A stretch of 52,582 nucleotides of DNA from Candidatus Saccharimonadota bacterium (GTDB lineage: Bacteria > Patescibacteriota > Saccharimonadia > Saccharimonadales > JAQGHD01), in contig JAQGHD010000027.1 of assembly GCA_028288965.1 (NCBI GenBank), forward strand, positions 1 through 52,582, written 5' to 3'. Of this stretch, positions 9,363-18,484 are shown in pieces. The translations under genes were made by a program, and so were the position numbers. Positions within the stretch are counted from its first letter, which is position 1, and every line of letters starts with the position of its first letter. Below the pieces are notes generated by a model, which saw only the letters and a list, made by a program, of their open reading frames with translations, did no database searches and had not been told where the DNA came from.

Positions 9363-10151
9363 TTATGGCCCGAGGGCTAGCTGTATAAGCACGCGGTGCG
9401 AACCAAAGAGGAGCCCATCTAGGCTGTCTGTCGAGAACCAACTCACAGCTTCTACTTCTGGGTTTTCCGGGGTTTCGCTATACATTTCAAACTGTTGAGC
9501 CCGAACCGTCTCATTATCTAACTCAAAGCGTACAGCTGTTGTTTCCGGCCAGGCATTGGCCGTAGCCCGTAAATCAGCCACCGGGCCTTGATAAATGGTC
9601 TGAACGCTGGGTTCAAGCTGCTCAAGATCGAGGTTAGCTTCTTCACGCGCTTCACGCATAGCAGCCCGCAGGCCATTCTCCCCAGGATCAACAAAACCAC
9701 CAGGCAAGGCCCACGCCCCAGTATCGCGACGCTTAATAAGTAACACGTGTGGCACCTCAAGATCGCGGCGGATAATAATTGGATCGCCAGTGTAGTTTGG
9801 CCCCCAGTTCCGGTAAAAGCCTTTGCCGGTAACAACTCCAATGTTGGGATTGCTTACCATATCATCGAACCATGGATGCAAGGGGCGCCCATAACTATCA
9901 AAACGTAAGTTATGATTGGCGAGTGCTAATTGTTCGGGAATGGTTGGAACTTGTCCACCCGATGTTTCCCAAAGTCCTAAGGGTAACACGGGCGGCTCCC
10001 AATCTGGCGCGTCTGTGAATAGGCGTTCGTTAAAGCCTGGGTAGCCTGGATAGGTCTTTACCGGGAGGTTTTGAGCTAACAGCTCTAGGTTACTGCGCAT
10101 AAACAGTTCTCGATTTACCGGTAAGTGGTCAGTGTTTTGTAGAGTTTCCAT
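9363..10151 (-). CDS. Nudix hydrolase, NUDT9-like ADP-ribose pyrophosphatase
   Basis: GKG..WGPNYTGDPII and Nudix box WALPGGFVDPGE...AAMREAREE. Confidence 0.85.
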   Translation of the reverse strand: METLQNTDHLPVNRELFMRSNLELLAQNLPVKTYPGYPGFNERLFTDAPDWEPPVLPLGLWETSGGQVPTIPEQLALANHNLRFDSYGRPLHPWFDDMVSNPNIGVVTGKGFYRNWGPNYTGDPIIIRRDLEVPHVLLIKRRDTGAWALPGGFVDPGENGLRAAMREAREEANLDLEQLEPSVQTIYQGPVADLRATANAWPETTAVRFELDNETVRAQQFEMYSETPENPEVEAVSWFSTDSLDGLLFGSHRVLIQLALGP

Positions 10152-10153
10152 AA

Positions 10154-11431
10154 TTATTGCTCCTTGACGGCAAAGATCTGCTGGTAGCGTTCAACTAATT
10201 CGTTGTTGCCGGTGTGTTTACTGCTATCATCGCTTAATTTTACTGTATCAGCTCCTTTATTTACTTCAGGTACGTAGACATGCGTAGCTTTCATAACTTG
10301 GTTTATGGCTTTCAGCCCCAGATCGTTGCTTAAATCTGTGCCAACACCAAAATTCTTATTAATCTGGTCCTTGAATTCTTGTTTTATGTTGTCAACGCTG
10401 TCCGGCAAATGTAAGCCATCGCTAAAGGTTATGGACTTGTCGAGAGGATTAAGACCCATGTTGGTGTAAAACTTGAGAACTTTTTCGCCGTATTTTATAG
10501 GGTCACCCGAATCCTGGCGGGTAGCCTGGTATTTTTCGGCTCGCTCCAACGTAAAATCTTCAAAAAAGAAATCAGTCCCAAAGGTATCGCTTAAGGCGAT
10601 AGCCAGCTCGTCACCGTAAAAATCATACCAATCGTCTAGCATCTTACCATGAGAGGCGCGAATATCCTCACCCTTGGCATCGGCTATGGCAGCATAGACC
10701 ATAGGGTTCTCGTGCGCAAAGGTTCCGATGGCTTTTAAGCCCAGTTCTTTAGCGAGCGCAACGCAGCTGGTGCCCACAAAGTTCTCTGGACATTCGTTTT
10801 TTAGTCGCTCATCAACGTGACGCTGCCAGCGCAGGCTAAAGCGGCGCCTGGTACCAAAATCAGCTAACTTAACATCCGGATTGGCTTGTAAGTAGGCAAT
10901 TTTTTCACTTAATCGGTGGTCTCCTTCGGCGTATACATCAAAGATGTCTAGACCTTGTGCGCTTACGCAGTTTTCAAAGTACATTTCGCTGACCTGGCTC
11001 ATAACAATGGTTTCCCAGAAGGTGACTAGTGGCCACTTACCGGTAGATTCTATAGCCAAGTCATCGGTGCTCCGGTCGTGTCTGACGGTGATCTCCGGCA
11101 GGGAATTGTGTTGGAGGTAATCCAGATATTCATCAGCAAACATCCGCTCGCCTTTGGCGCTATGCAAACTTCTAAAGTACTCAATTTCTTCCTGGGCAAA
11201 GCCGTTTTGCCGGATGGTTTCCAGACGATCCTGCAAATCCTCAGCTGCCACGTAGTCGGCCAGGCGCTGATTGCCACGATTTTTAAAGGTAAAAGTCACT
11301 TCGGCATCTGGTTGATATTCATGCTGGAATTGGCTCATGGTTGGCTTGTAGTAGTCCAGCCCTGCTGACAGCATAGTTTCTTCTTTAAAGGGACCATATT
11401 CGATGGGGGAGGTCAGTGTTTGGTGTGTCAT
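10154..11431 (-). CDS. pncB: Nicotinate phosphoribosyltransferase
   Basis: DYYKPTM, DFGTRRRFS, GTFAHE, SDTFG, RQDSGDP, FSDGL and VKLSDD..K motifs. Confidence 0.93.
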   Translation of the reverse strand: MTHQTLTSPIEYGPFKEETMLSAGLDYYKPTMSQFQHEYQPDAEVTFTFKNRGNQRLADYVAAEDLQDRLETIRQNGFAQEEIEYFRSLHSAKGERMFADEYLDYLQHNSLPEITVRHDRSTDDLAIESTGKWPLVTFWETIVMSQVSEMYFENCVSAQGLDIFDVYAEGDHRLSEKIAYLQANPDVKLADFGTRRRFSLRWQRHVDERLKNECPENFVGTSCVALAKELGLKAIGTFAHENPMVYAAIADAKGEDIRASHGKMLDDWYDFYGDELAIALSDTFGTDFFFEDFTLERAEKYQATRQDSGDPIKYGEKVLKFYTNMGLNPLDKSITFSDGLHLPDSVDNIKQEFKDQINKNFGVGTDLSNDLGLKAINQVMKATHVYVPEVNKGADTVKLSDDSSKHTGNNELVERYQQIFAVKEQ

Positions 11432-11442
11432 TTCATGCCTCC

Positions 11443-12114
11443 TTAGACGGCCAGCGCTTCTAATTTACGTAAGTACTCATCAGTGGTCACAAAGTGTACG
11501 CCGGCAGCTTCTAGCTCATCTATGGCCTTGAGGCCGGTAGGTTGGGCGACTGATTCGGTAGCGTCAACCGCAATGGTGACGTCTAAGCCCAGCTTGGTTC
11601 TTAGATCCAAGGCTGTAGCTTTCACGCAGTAATCCAGTGCTAGGCCCCCCAGCAAAACAGCTCGGGTGCCGCGTTGGCGCAGCCAGTGCTCTAGGTTTTG
11701 ACCGCGTTCGTTGACACCGTTCAGGCCGGTGTAGCTGGTGTCTAGAGCCCCATCAGTTAGCTCTTCTTGACCTTTTTTAAAAGCGACAGCTAGCTTAGGC
11801 ACAATGATTTCTGGGTGCAATTCAGCACCTGGTGTATTGGCACGGCAGTGTGGCGGCCAAGTGGTCATAAAGTTCGGCTCGTTGCCATCCAATGCAAAAT
11901 GCGCGGTGCGCTCTGGGTGCCAGTCTTGGGTAGTAAAGATATCCATACCCCGTAAACTAAAGGCTCCGAGTAATGTATTCAGGTACGGAACAATGTGCTC
12001 ACCTTCCATAATGGGCAGCTCGCCAAAGCCAGGCACGTCTAAACGTTCGCCTTCACTGGCGGGCATAAAGCCGCGCTGAGCATCGATAATTCCTAGTGCG
12101 GTTGGGTGGTTCAT
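11443..12114 (-). CDS. pncA: Nicotinamidase/pyrazinamidase
   Basis: IIDAQRGF, TQDWHP..HF, WPPHC and GLALDYCVKATALD. Confidence 0.92.
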   Translation of the reverse strand: MNHPTALGIIDAQRGFMPASEGERLDVPGFGELPIMEGEHIVPYLNTLLGAFSLRGMDIFTTQDWHPERTAHFALDGNEPNFMTTWPPHCRANTPGAELHPEIIVPKLAVAFKKGQEELTDGALDTSYTGLNGVNERGQNLEHWLRQRGTRAVLLGGLALDYCVKATALDLRTKLGLDVTIAVDATESVAQPTGLKAIDELEAAGVHFVTTDEYLRKLEALAV

Positions 12115-12139
12115 GATTGTCTCCTTCTCTGTTACATAG

Positions 12140-12209
12140 TAAGTGTAGAATCAACACTATTTAGTGTTAGTTACAGACTACTCCATAGTTAGTGTCTTGT
12201 CAACACTTA
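12140..12209. promoter_or_regulatory. Three NrtR-type operator boxes in the pncA/ARH divergent region
   Basis: TAAGTGT-agaatca-ACACTAT (12140-12160), TTAGTGT-tagttac-AGACTAC (12161-12181), TTAGTGT-cttgtca-ACACTTA (12189-12209); GT-N7-AC core. Confidence 0.8.
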
Positions 12210-12263
12210 TTTTATTTGATTTAATGTTGTAAGGAGTAATAAACTTAATGAAAGGGGGGGATC

Positions 12264-13223
12264 ATGGCTATAGATAAGCTAGGAGCAGTAGGAGAAAATT
12301 TATTAGTGGCTGTTGGCTACGGTGACTCAGCTGGCTTGCCGGCAGAAACACTAACGCCGGAGCAAATCCAGGATAAGTTTGGACGGCTGAGTGGGCTTAT
12401 TCCGATTGATAATAAATTTATGGGTAAACACCCAATTGGTAGATGGAGCGATGATACAAAGCTGTCATTGGCCATAGCCGAAGCCTTAATAGACAGCGAA
12501 GGTTTTAACATGAAGGCAATTGCCACAAACCATGTCGGGGCATTGCGCGACCCCGTCAATCGGGGCTGGGGTAGCAGTACTCGTAAAAGCATTAAGCGGT
12601 TGCGTAAAGACGGCAGCTGGCGTACTAGTGGAAGCCAGGAAGGTGAGGGTAACGGGGTGCTTATGAAGTTGAGCCCCTTGGCGCTCTGGCAGACAGTAAA
12701 ACAACCCGTCGCCGCTGATAATCAAGTCGAAGCCATAGCCCGCATGACGCATGCCAATACACTCAGTGTAGTCACGGCTCTGGTTCACAGAGATATTTTA
12801 GGAGCCTTATTGATGGGTTATTTAGAGCCGGCAGATGTGCCCCAAGCTGGCGCCGCGCAGGCCGAAATGTACGAGCAGCACTTAGGTGAACCCAGCCAGG
12901 TAACGTCTGGACTGCTTGGCCGGCTGGCCTTAGACAGGCGTATTACAGACAGGACTATTGCTGATCTAACGCCAAAGGCCGGTTTTTGGTCACCAGAGAC
13001 GCTGGTTATGGCTTACGGAGCCTTTGCCCGCACCCCACACTACCCAGATAACATCTATGACGTGATTAATTTAGGGGGCGATACCGATAGTACTGGTTCA
13101 ATTGTAGGAGCTATGTCGGCCATGCACCAAGGTGATCTAGAACATCCAGCCGATGTGGCTCAACTTGAGCAAGTAGACTACTTACGCAAAGTCGGCCAGG
13201 AACTAGTAGCCATGTTGAGCTGA
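12264..13223 (+). CDS. ADP-ribosylglycohydrolase (DraG/ARH family)
   Basis: GYGDSAG, WSDDT, GNGVLM, MTH and GGDTDSTGSIVG motifs. Confidence 0.9.
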   Translation: MAIDKLGAVGENLLVAVGYGDSAGLPAETLTPEQIQDKFGRLSGLIPIDNKFMGKHPIGRWSDDTKLSLAIAEALIDSEGFNMKAIATNHVGALRDPVNRGWGSSTRKSIKRLRKDGSWRTSGSQEGEGNGVLMKLSPLALWQTVKQPVAADNQVEAIARMTHANTLSVVTALVHRDILGALLMGYLEPADVPQAGAAQAEMYEQHLGEPSQVTSGLLGRLALDRRITDRTIADLTPKAGFWSPETLVMAYGAFARTPHYPDNIYDVINLGGDTDSTGSIVGAMSAMHQGDLEHPADVAQLEQVDYLRKVGQELVAMLS

Positions 13224-13226
13224 GTT

Positions 13227-13529
13227 TTACTGCTCCAAACGAGTTTCAATTTCAAAAAAGCTAGTAATTTCACCAACAGTTTTGCCACATGGCAGGACAT
13301 CAACGGTGTGATAATCATGAGCGCCACTAAGCACAAAGTGCAGCCAATCTTCATCTGGCTCCCCAAATGATAGAACCTGCACGCCGCTTTCATTAGTAAA
13401 TCCTTCGGTATCAACCAGTTCATGCCGTGCTGCAATAACTCCACCTAACACAGCGCGCAATACACTGCTGCATGCACTCTGGCATCTGTCCTGCTCTTGG
13501 CAGGTCGGACGCAAATATTCACTACCCAT
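13227..13529 (-). CDS. Hypothetical protein (100 aa, Cys-containing)
   Basis: ORF with an AAGGGAG SD-like site, downstream of nrtR; no family recognised. Confidence 0.5.
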   Translation of the reverse strand: MGSEYLRPTCQEQDRCQSACSSVLRAVLGGVIAARHELVDTEGFTNESGVQVLSFGEPDEDWLHFVLSGAHDYHTVDVLPCGKTVGEITSFFEIETRLEQ

Positions 13530-13613
13530 AGCTCACTCCCTTTTAGCTTGTACTGACCAATTTTAGTCTCGTGCTTGCAGCCCAGATAGGAAAAAATTCG
13601 CCCTCACGAGCGG

Positions 13614-14315
13614 CTAATCAAAACTGCGTGAGAGCGTTTCTAGGTGCTGTTTGTTGAACTTGTAGAGCTTAGCAGGACGGTGAGCACCTTCACGGAATAA
13701 ATCACCGGTGGGCGCAATGAGATTGAGGTCTAAGAATTTCTTTCGGAAATTGCGTTTATCTAGTTCGCGGCCAAAAACGGCTTCGTAGGCTTTTTGCAGT
13801 TGGGTAAGGGTAAAGAACTTGGGCAACAGCGCGTAGATGGCGTTGGTATAGGTGATTTTGGCACTGAGGCGATCATGGGCGTACTTGATAATGTCGGCAT
13901 GATCATATGCCAAGTTTTTAGGGAGATGGCTGATTGGGAAGAATTGCGGATTTTGGGTGGTTTTGCTGGTTTTTGGGGCTAAATTGTGGCCCAAACAAGT
14001 ATAGGTCACCGAAACAGCATGACCGCGAGGGTCACGGGCCACCGTGTCAAAGGTATACAGTTGCTCCACTAGGGCAAAGTCCTTGACCGAAAAGCCGGCT
14101 TTGGCTCGCAAAATACGATTAAGAGCCTGCGTGGTGGTTTCGCCTTGGGCGTTGTAACCGCCGGGTAGGGCCCAATAATCCTTAAAGGGCTCTTCTGGCC
14201 GACGGATTAAAAGCACATTTAATTGGTTGTTGATAAGCTGCAGAACTACCCCGTCAACTGTCAGGATGGGGGGTACGTATTCTCCGCTATATTTGGCAGT
14301 CATAATGTCTATCAT
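13614..14315 (-). CDS. nrtR: Nudix-related transcriptional regulator
   Basis: Degenerate Nudix domain (WALPGG, EQLYTF, RDPRG) plus C-terminal wHTH (FTLTQLQKAYE..LDKRNFRKK..GAHRPAKLY). Confidence 0.93.
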   Translation of the reverse strand: MIDIMTAKYSGEYVPPILTVDGVVLQLINNQLNVLLIRRPEEPFKDYWALPGGYNAQGETTTQALNRILRAKAGFSVKDFALVEQLYTFDTVARDPRGHAVSVTYTCLGHNLAPKTSKTTQNPQFFPISHLPKNLAYDHADIIKYAHDRLSAKITYTNAIYALLPKFFTLTQLQKAYEAVFGRELDKRNFRKKFLDLNLIAPTGDLFREGAHRPAKLYKFNKQHLETLSRSFD

Positions 14316-14318
14316 ACA

Positions 14319-16244
14319 CTATTCCCAAATAGCGGTATTATACAGATCAGAAGGCATGCGCCAATCGCCCCGCGGGCTGAGCGCCACACTGCCAACTTTG
14401 GCACCATCGGGCAGGCTTGAGCGCTTAAATTGACTGAAGGCAAAGCGCTTATAAAATACCATTAACCACTTATTGATTTCCTCTGGCTGGTACACTCCTT
14501 CAAAGGCTTGGTTGGCCAAAAAACGTATTTTAGCCGGCTCATCGCCCCAACGAATAAGATAGTACAAAAAAAAGTCGTGCAGCTCGTACGGGCCAATAAT
14601 ATCCTCAGTTTTTTGATCAATCTCGCCTTTGGCTGCCCGGGTAAGTTCCGGTGAAACGGGTGTATCGAGTATATCGAGCAGTATGTCTCGGGCTTCGGCA
14701 CCAGCTTGATTATCGGTAATATGCCGGACCAAGTGCCGGACCAGTGTTTTAGGCACCCCGGCATTCACGTGGTAGTGACTCATATGGTCGGCGTTAAAGG
14801 TACACCAGCCCAGCGCAATTTCGCTTAAATCACCAGTCCCCAAGTTGATCCCTTGCAGCTGGTTGCCCTTGTTAAAGAGAATTTCGGTTCGTATGCGGGC
14901 CTGGACGTTTTCGTAGGTAACATCTTGGGTTTGGCCATCATGACCAATGGCCTTGTGCATCTGATGAGCCAGTTGATCGATAGGCACGACTTGGTTTGGG
15001 ACGTTGTACAGCTGGGCTAACTTTACCGCGTTATTTTGGGTACGGTCAGAGCTAGCCACACCTGGCATGGTGTAGGTGCGGATTAAGTCTTTGGGTGGCA
15101 CGCCGATGATTTCTGCTGAACGACAGGCGACTAAAAAGGCCAAAGTAGAATCCAGCCCACCGGACAAACCAAGATGTACATACGGCGTTTTGGTGGCTTG
15201 TAGCCGCCCGGCCAAGCCATGAGCTTGAATGTCGATAATCGATTGTAAACGCTCGGCGCGCTCGGTTTCATTTTCCCAGGTGGGCAAGAAGGGGTGGGGA
15301 TTAATATGAGGACTTGGCACAAACTCAGGGGTGCCTACAACCGTTTTGACCACTTGCCAGCCAACTTTATTTACAAAGTTAGTATCGCGCAGCCGATCAT
15401 GTTTTAGGTGGTCAATATCTATGTCTGCTACTCGCAGCCGCTCATCTTTTGTAAATGGTTTACGTTCGGCTAGTAGGCGGCCATTTTCGGCAATTAACTG
15501 GTGCCCACCCATAACCACGTCCATGGTTGATTCGGTCCAATCACTGCCAGCGTAGACGTAGCCGGCCATAAGCTTGGCGGATTGCATAGCCACCAATTGG
15601 CGACGGTAGGCGGCTTTGCCAACCAGCTCGGGTGAGGCTGATAAATTAGCAATTACTAACGCTCCGTGCTGGGCTTGCTGGATGCTGGGGGCTTCGGCTA
15701 CCCAGAGGTCCTCACAGGTTTCGACGCCAATTTTTGCGCCACCAATGTCAAATAGCAATTCCGTGCCAAAGGGCACGTCTTGCTGGCCAACCCTCACCGC
15801 GGTATTAGGCTGCTGCCAGGTTTGGTACCACCGCTTTTCGTAAAATTCACCATAGGTAGGTAGGTTTTGCTTTGGCACAAGGCCTTTTATGTCGCCATCG
15901 GCTAGCACGGCACTACAGTTGTATAATGCGTTGTCCACCTGCAGAGGCAAGCCAACTACCATGGTCGTTTCGCTACCCCGTGTTTGTTCGGCCAACTGTT
16001 GCAGCCCTGTGCGGGCTTGCTTAAGCAAGCTTTGTTGCTGTACAAGATCACCAATGGAATAGCCGGTCAGACTCAGCTCCGGAAAGACTACCAGGGCCAC
16101 GCCTTGAGCGGTAGCCTCTTTATACAACTCGGTGATTCGAGTAGTGTTAGTGGCTACGTCGGCGATGTTAACTTCAGGGCAGGCAGTAGCCACCCGCAGA
16201 TAACTTTCATATGGCTGGAATTCCAATTGTGATAGCGTTTCCAT
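14319..16244 (-). CDS. nadE: Glutamine-dependent NAD+ synthetase
   Basis: Nitrilase domain (FPELSLTGY, PK..LP.Y.EFYEKR, CEDLW) plus synthetase domain (GLSGGLDST, ENVQAR.R, GTGDLSE). Confidence 0.96.
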   Translation of the reverse strand: METLSQLEFQPYESYLRVATACPEVNIADVATNTTRITELYKEATAQGVALVVFPELSLTGYSIGDLVQQQSLLKQARTGLQQLAEQTRGSETTMVVGLPLQVDNALYNCSAVLADGDIKGLVPKQNLPTYGEFYEKRWYQTWQQPNTAVRVGQQDVPFGTELLFDIGGAKIGVETCEDLWVAEAPSIQQAQHGALVIANLSASPELVGKAAYRRQLVAMQSAKLMAGYVYAGSDWTESTMDVVMGGHQLIAENGRLLAERKPFTKDERLRVADIDIDHLKHDRLRDTNFVNKVGWQVVKTVVGTPEFVPSPHINPHPFLPTWENETERAERLQSIIDIQAHGLAGRLQATKTPYVHLGLSGGLDSTLAFLVACRSAEIIGVPPKDLIRTYTMPGVASSDRTQNNAVKLAQLYNVPNQVVPIDQLAHQMHKAIGHDGQTQDVTYENVQARIRTEILFNKGNQLQGINLGTGDLSEIALGWCTFNADHMSHYHVNAGVPKTLVRHLVRHITDNQAGAEARDILLDILDTPVSPELTRAAKGEIDQKTEDIIGPYELHDFFLYYLIRWGDEPAKIRFLANQAFEGVYQPEEINKWLMVFYKRFAFSQFKRSSLPDGAKVGSVALSPRGDWRMPSDLYNTAIWE

Positions 16245-16255
16245 GATAGTTCTCC

Positions 16256-16324
16256 TTAGTGTAAAAAATACATTTACTTATTCTAAAGTAGCAGGTACAA
16301 TAATTAGTGTCAATACCACACTAA
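16256..16324. promoter_or_regulatory. Two NrtR-type operator boxes in the nadE/nadD divergent region
   Basis: TTAGTGT-aaaaaat-ACATTTA (16256-16276) and perfect TTAGTGT-caatacc-ACACTAA (16304-16324). Confidence 0.8.
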
Positions 16325-16337
16325 CAGGAGATTTGAC

Positions 16338-16946
16338 ATGGAAATAGCAATATTTGGCGGCAGTTTCAACCCACCGACTCGAGCCCACGAGGCCGGTGTT
16401 CAGGCCTGTCTTGATCGGCAGGATATTGATGAGGTGTGGCTGATGCCATCTGGCTATCGGGCTGATAAGCCAGGCTTAGTCGATGATCAAGCGCGGCTGG
16501 AAATGCTACAAATTGTTAAGCGCCAGGAGTTTTATGATAATCCTCGGGTAGTCATCTCGGACTTTGAGCTTAGCCTGCCGCGGCCAACCCAAACTTATAA
16601 AACCATGGGGGCGCTGGCCAGGGCCTACCCTGAGCATAGATTTTGGTTTGTCAGTGGGGCTGATACCTATGCCACCATGCAAAACTGGGAAGGTGGCCAC
16701 CAACTAAAGGCCAGCTTGCCTATGTTGCTCATCCCTCGCATTGGTTATGAGTTACCCGAGCCGACCCAGCAGTTGCGCCAACTGGAAGTACTAGAAGATA
16801 TGGTCGATGGCATATCCTCTAGTCAAGTGCGTGAGCGTTTGGCCTTAGGCGGCCCCATTGAGTTCTTGGTCTGCGACGCCATAGCGCGCTACATTGCTGA
16901 AAAAGGTTTATACCTAGCCAAAGGCTCAAAATATGTAAGCATTTAG
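16338..16946 (+). CDS. nadD: Nicotinate-nucleotide adenylyltransferase
   Basis: FGGSFNPPTRAH, GAD....W and ISSSQVR motifs. Confidence 0.9.
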   Translation: MEIAIFGGSFNPPTRAHEAGVQACLDRQDIDEVWLMPSGYRADKPGLVDDQARLEMLQIVKRQEFYDNPRVVISDFELSLPRPTQTYKTMGALARAYPEHRFWFVSGADTYATMQNWEGGHQLKASLPMLLIPRIGYELPEPTQQLRQLEVLEDMVDGISSSQVRERLALGGPIEFLVCDAIARYIAEKGLYLAKGSKYVSI

Positions 16947-17044
16947 GTAACTGGGGAATGGATGCGATTGCCTATCCGATGAGCATAGCTACCCCTATTC
17001 CGGTAGCTTTGGCTAATTTGATCAAGTTCGGCATACTTAATGGC

Positions 17045-17839
17045 ATGGAACTTGTTGACACTCACTGCCATATTCAATTTCCGGACTATGGCCAAAAAGA
17101 AGGTTTTGATGCCAGTGATGCGATAACCGCTGCTCAAGCCGAGGCTGTAACGCGTTTGTTGTGTGTTGGCACCGATCTGCCAGACAGCCGCCGGGCCATT
17201 GATTTTGTGCAGCAGCGTGATAATTGTTGGGCTACCATTGGGCTGCATCCCCACGAAGGTGCTAGTTATGCGCATGACAATAAGGCCTTAGAGGAGTTTG
17301 CCGCTCTGGTATCGCAGCCAAAAGTAGTGGCGATTGGCGAGTGCGGCTTGGACTATTACTATCATCATTCGCCAAAAGCCGATCAAGAAAAAATACTACG
17401 CTGGCAGCTTGAACTAGCTACCACATACAAATTGCCCTGTGTCTTCCATGTGCGTGACGCTTTTGATGACTTTTGGAAGATAGTTGACAACTATCCAGGC
17501 ATTACTGGTGTCATCCATAGTTTTACGGCCGATAAAAAAGTACTTTTACAAACGCTCCAGCGGGGGTATTATGTTGGCTTGAATGGGATAATGACATTTA
17601 CTCGCACTGAGGCCCAACTCGAGGCGGCAAAAGCCGTGCCGCTTGACAAATTACTCCTTGAAACAGATGCCCCGTTCTTGACTCCTGTGCCATTTCGTGG
17701 TAAAATCTGCCAGCCTAAACATGTGCGCCTAACCGCCCAGTTTTTGGCCAATCTCCGGGGAGAAACTTTATCAGAACTGGCTTCAGCCACTACCGCCAAC
17801 GCCCTATCCCTTTTCAATCTTTCAAACGTTTATGAATAA
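17045..17839 (+). CDS. tatD: TatD family DNase
   Basis: DTHCH, GLHPH, GECGLDY, H.RDA, IHSFT and ETDAPFL; ATG 17045 follows CATACT. Confidence 0.95.
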   Translation: MELVDTHCHIQFPDYGQKEGFDASDAITAAQAEAVTRLLCVGTDLPDSRRAIDFVQQRDNCWATIGLHPHEGASYAHDNKALEEFAALVSQPKVVAIGECGLDYYYHHSPKADQEKILRWQLELATTYKLPCVFHVRDAFDDFWKIVDNYPGITGVIHSFTADKKVLLQTLQRGYYVGLNGIMTFTRTEAQLEAAKAVPLDKLLLETDAPFLTPVPFRGKICQPKHVRLTAQFLANLRGETLSELASATTANALSLFNLSNVYE

Positions 17840-18116
17840 TCAATTACAATCACGAGAACAATATCAAGACGTGCCCGAACCAGTTAAGAGACGGGCTCAA
17901 GTTGAGCGCACCGCTGCCCGGCTAGTTGAAGAAGCTTTGGCTATTGACAGGGTAGTGCACGCCATTATTGAACGCTCACGTAACCCTGCCCCAGCTCAAT
18001 CCGAGTCTCAGCCACCGCAATCCGAAACTCCTACAGATACAACGCCTCCAACTACCCAAGATCCCGAGGTCCTCAGGGCATACATCGATATGATAGGAAA
18101 CCAGCATGATTCGTAA
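17832..18116 (+). CDS. Hypothetical protein
   Basis: Overlaps both neighbours (translational coupling); Pro/Thr-rich linker. Confidence 0.6.
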   Translation: MNNQLQSREQYQDVPEPVKRRAQVERTAARLVEEALAIDRVVHAIIERSRNPAPAQSESQPPQSETPTDTTPPTTQDPEVLRAYIDMIGNQHDS

Positions 18117-18474
18117 AATCTTGAGTACTCTACTAGCTGGTCAAAAAGAAGAGCGCGAAGCCGAGTTGTACCGCAATCTTATTCGTCACGAAGCCAAGAT
18201 TGGCGGCCAATTATTTGGCCCCGTATCAAAAGATGGTCGTCGTGAATTCTTTTGCCTAGACGAAAAAACCTGGATTTGGCATGAAGAATGGGTAGATAAC
18301 ACCGGCCAACGTCAAATTCGCACGACGCGTTACGATGTCCGACCTAACGGACTATTAAAAGCCCAAGACGGACAGTATTATCAGAGCGTTTCGCCTAATG
18401 AGGCTGCTCGGTTCCTGCAAGCTGTTCGTTTGTATCACCAGCGCGTTAACGACGAGCTGTACGCCAACGTTTAG
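18106..18474 (+). CDS. Hypothetical protein
   Basis: Globular-looking 122 aa (RREFFCLDEKTWIWHEEW); operon-like overlap. Confidence 0.75.
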   Translation: MIRKILSTLLAGQKEEREAELYRNLIRHEAKIGGQLFGPVSKDGRREFFCLDEKTWIWHEEWVDNTGQRQIRTTRYDVRPNGLLKAQDGQYYQSVSPNEAARFLQAVRLYHQRVNDELYANV

Positions 18475-18484
18475 CTCCGGCGCC

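Noticed and set aside
9338-16957. NAD island as an active mobile element
   Set aside because: No integrase/transposase and no flanking direct repeats found; acquisition is only inferred from context and SD usage.
16947-17030. Riboswitch/ribozyme before tatD (hairpin AGCTACC/GGTAGCT)
   Set aside because: No match to fluoride-riboswitch or hammerhead cores that I can recognise; a terminator-like hairpin after nadD suffices.
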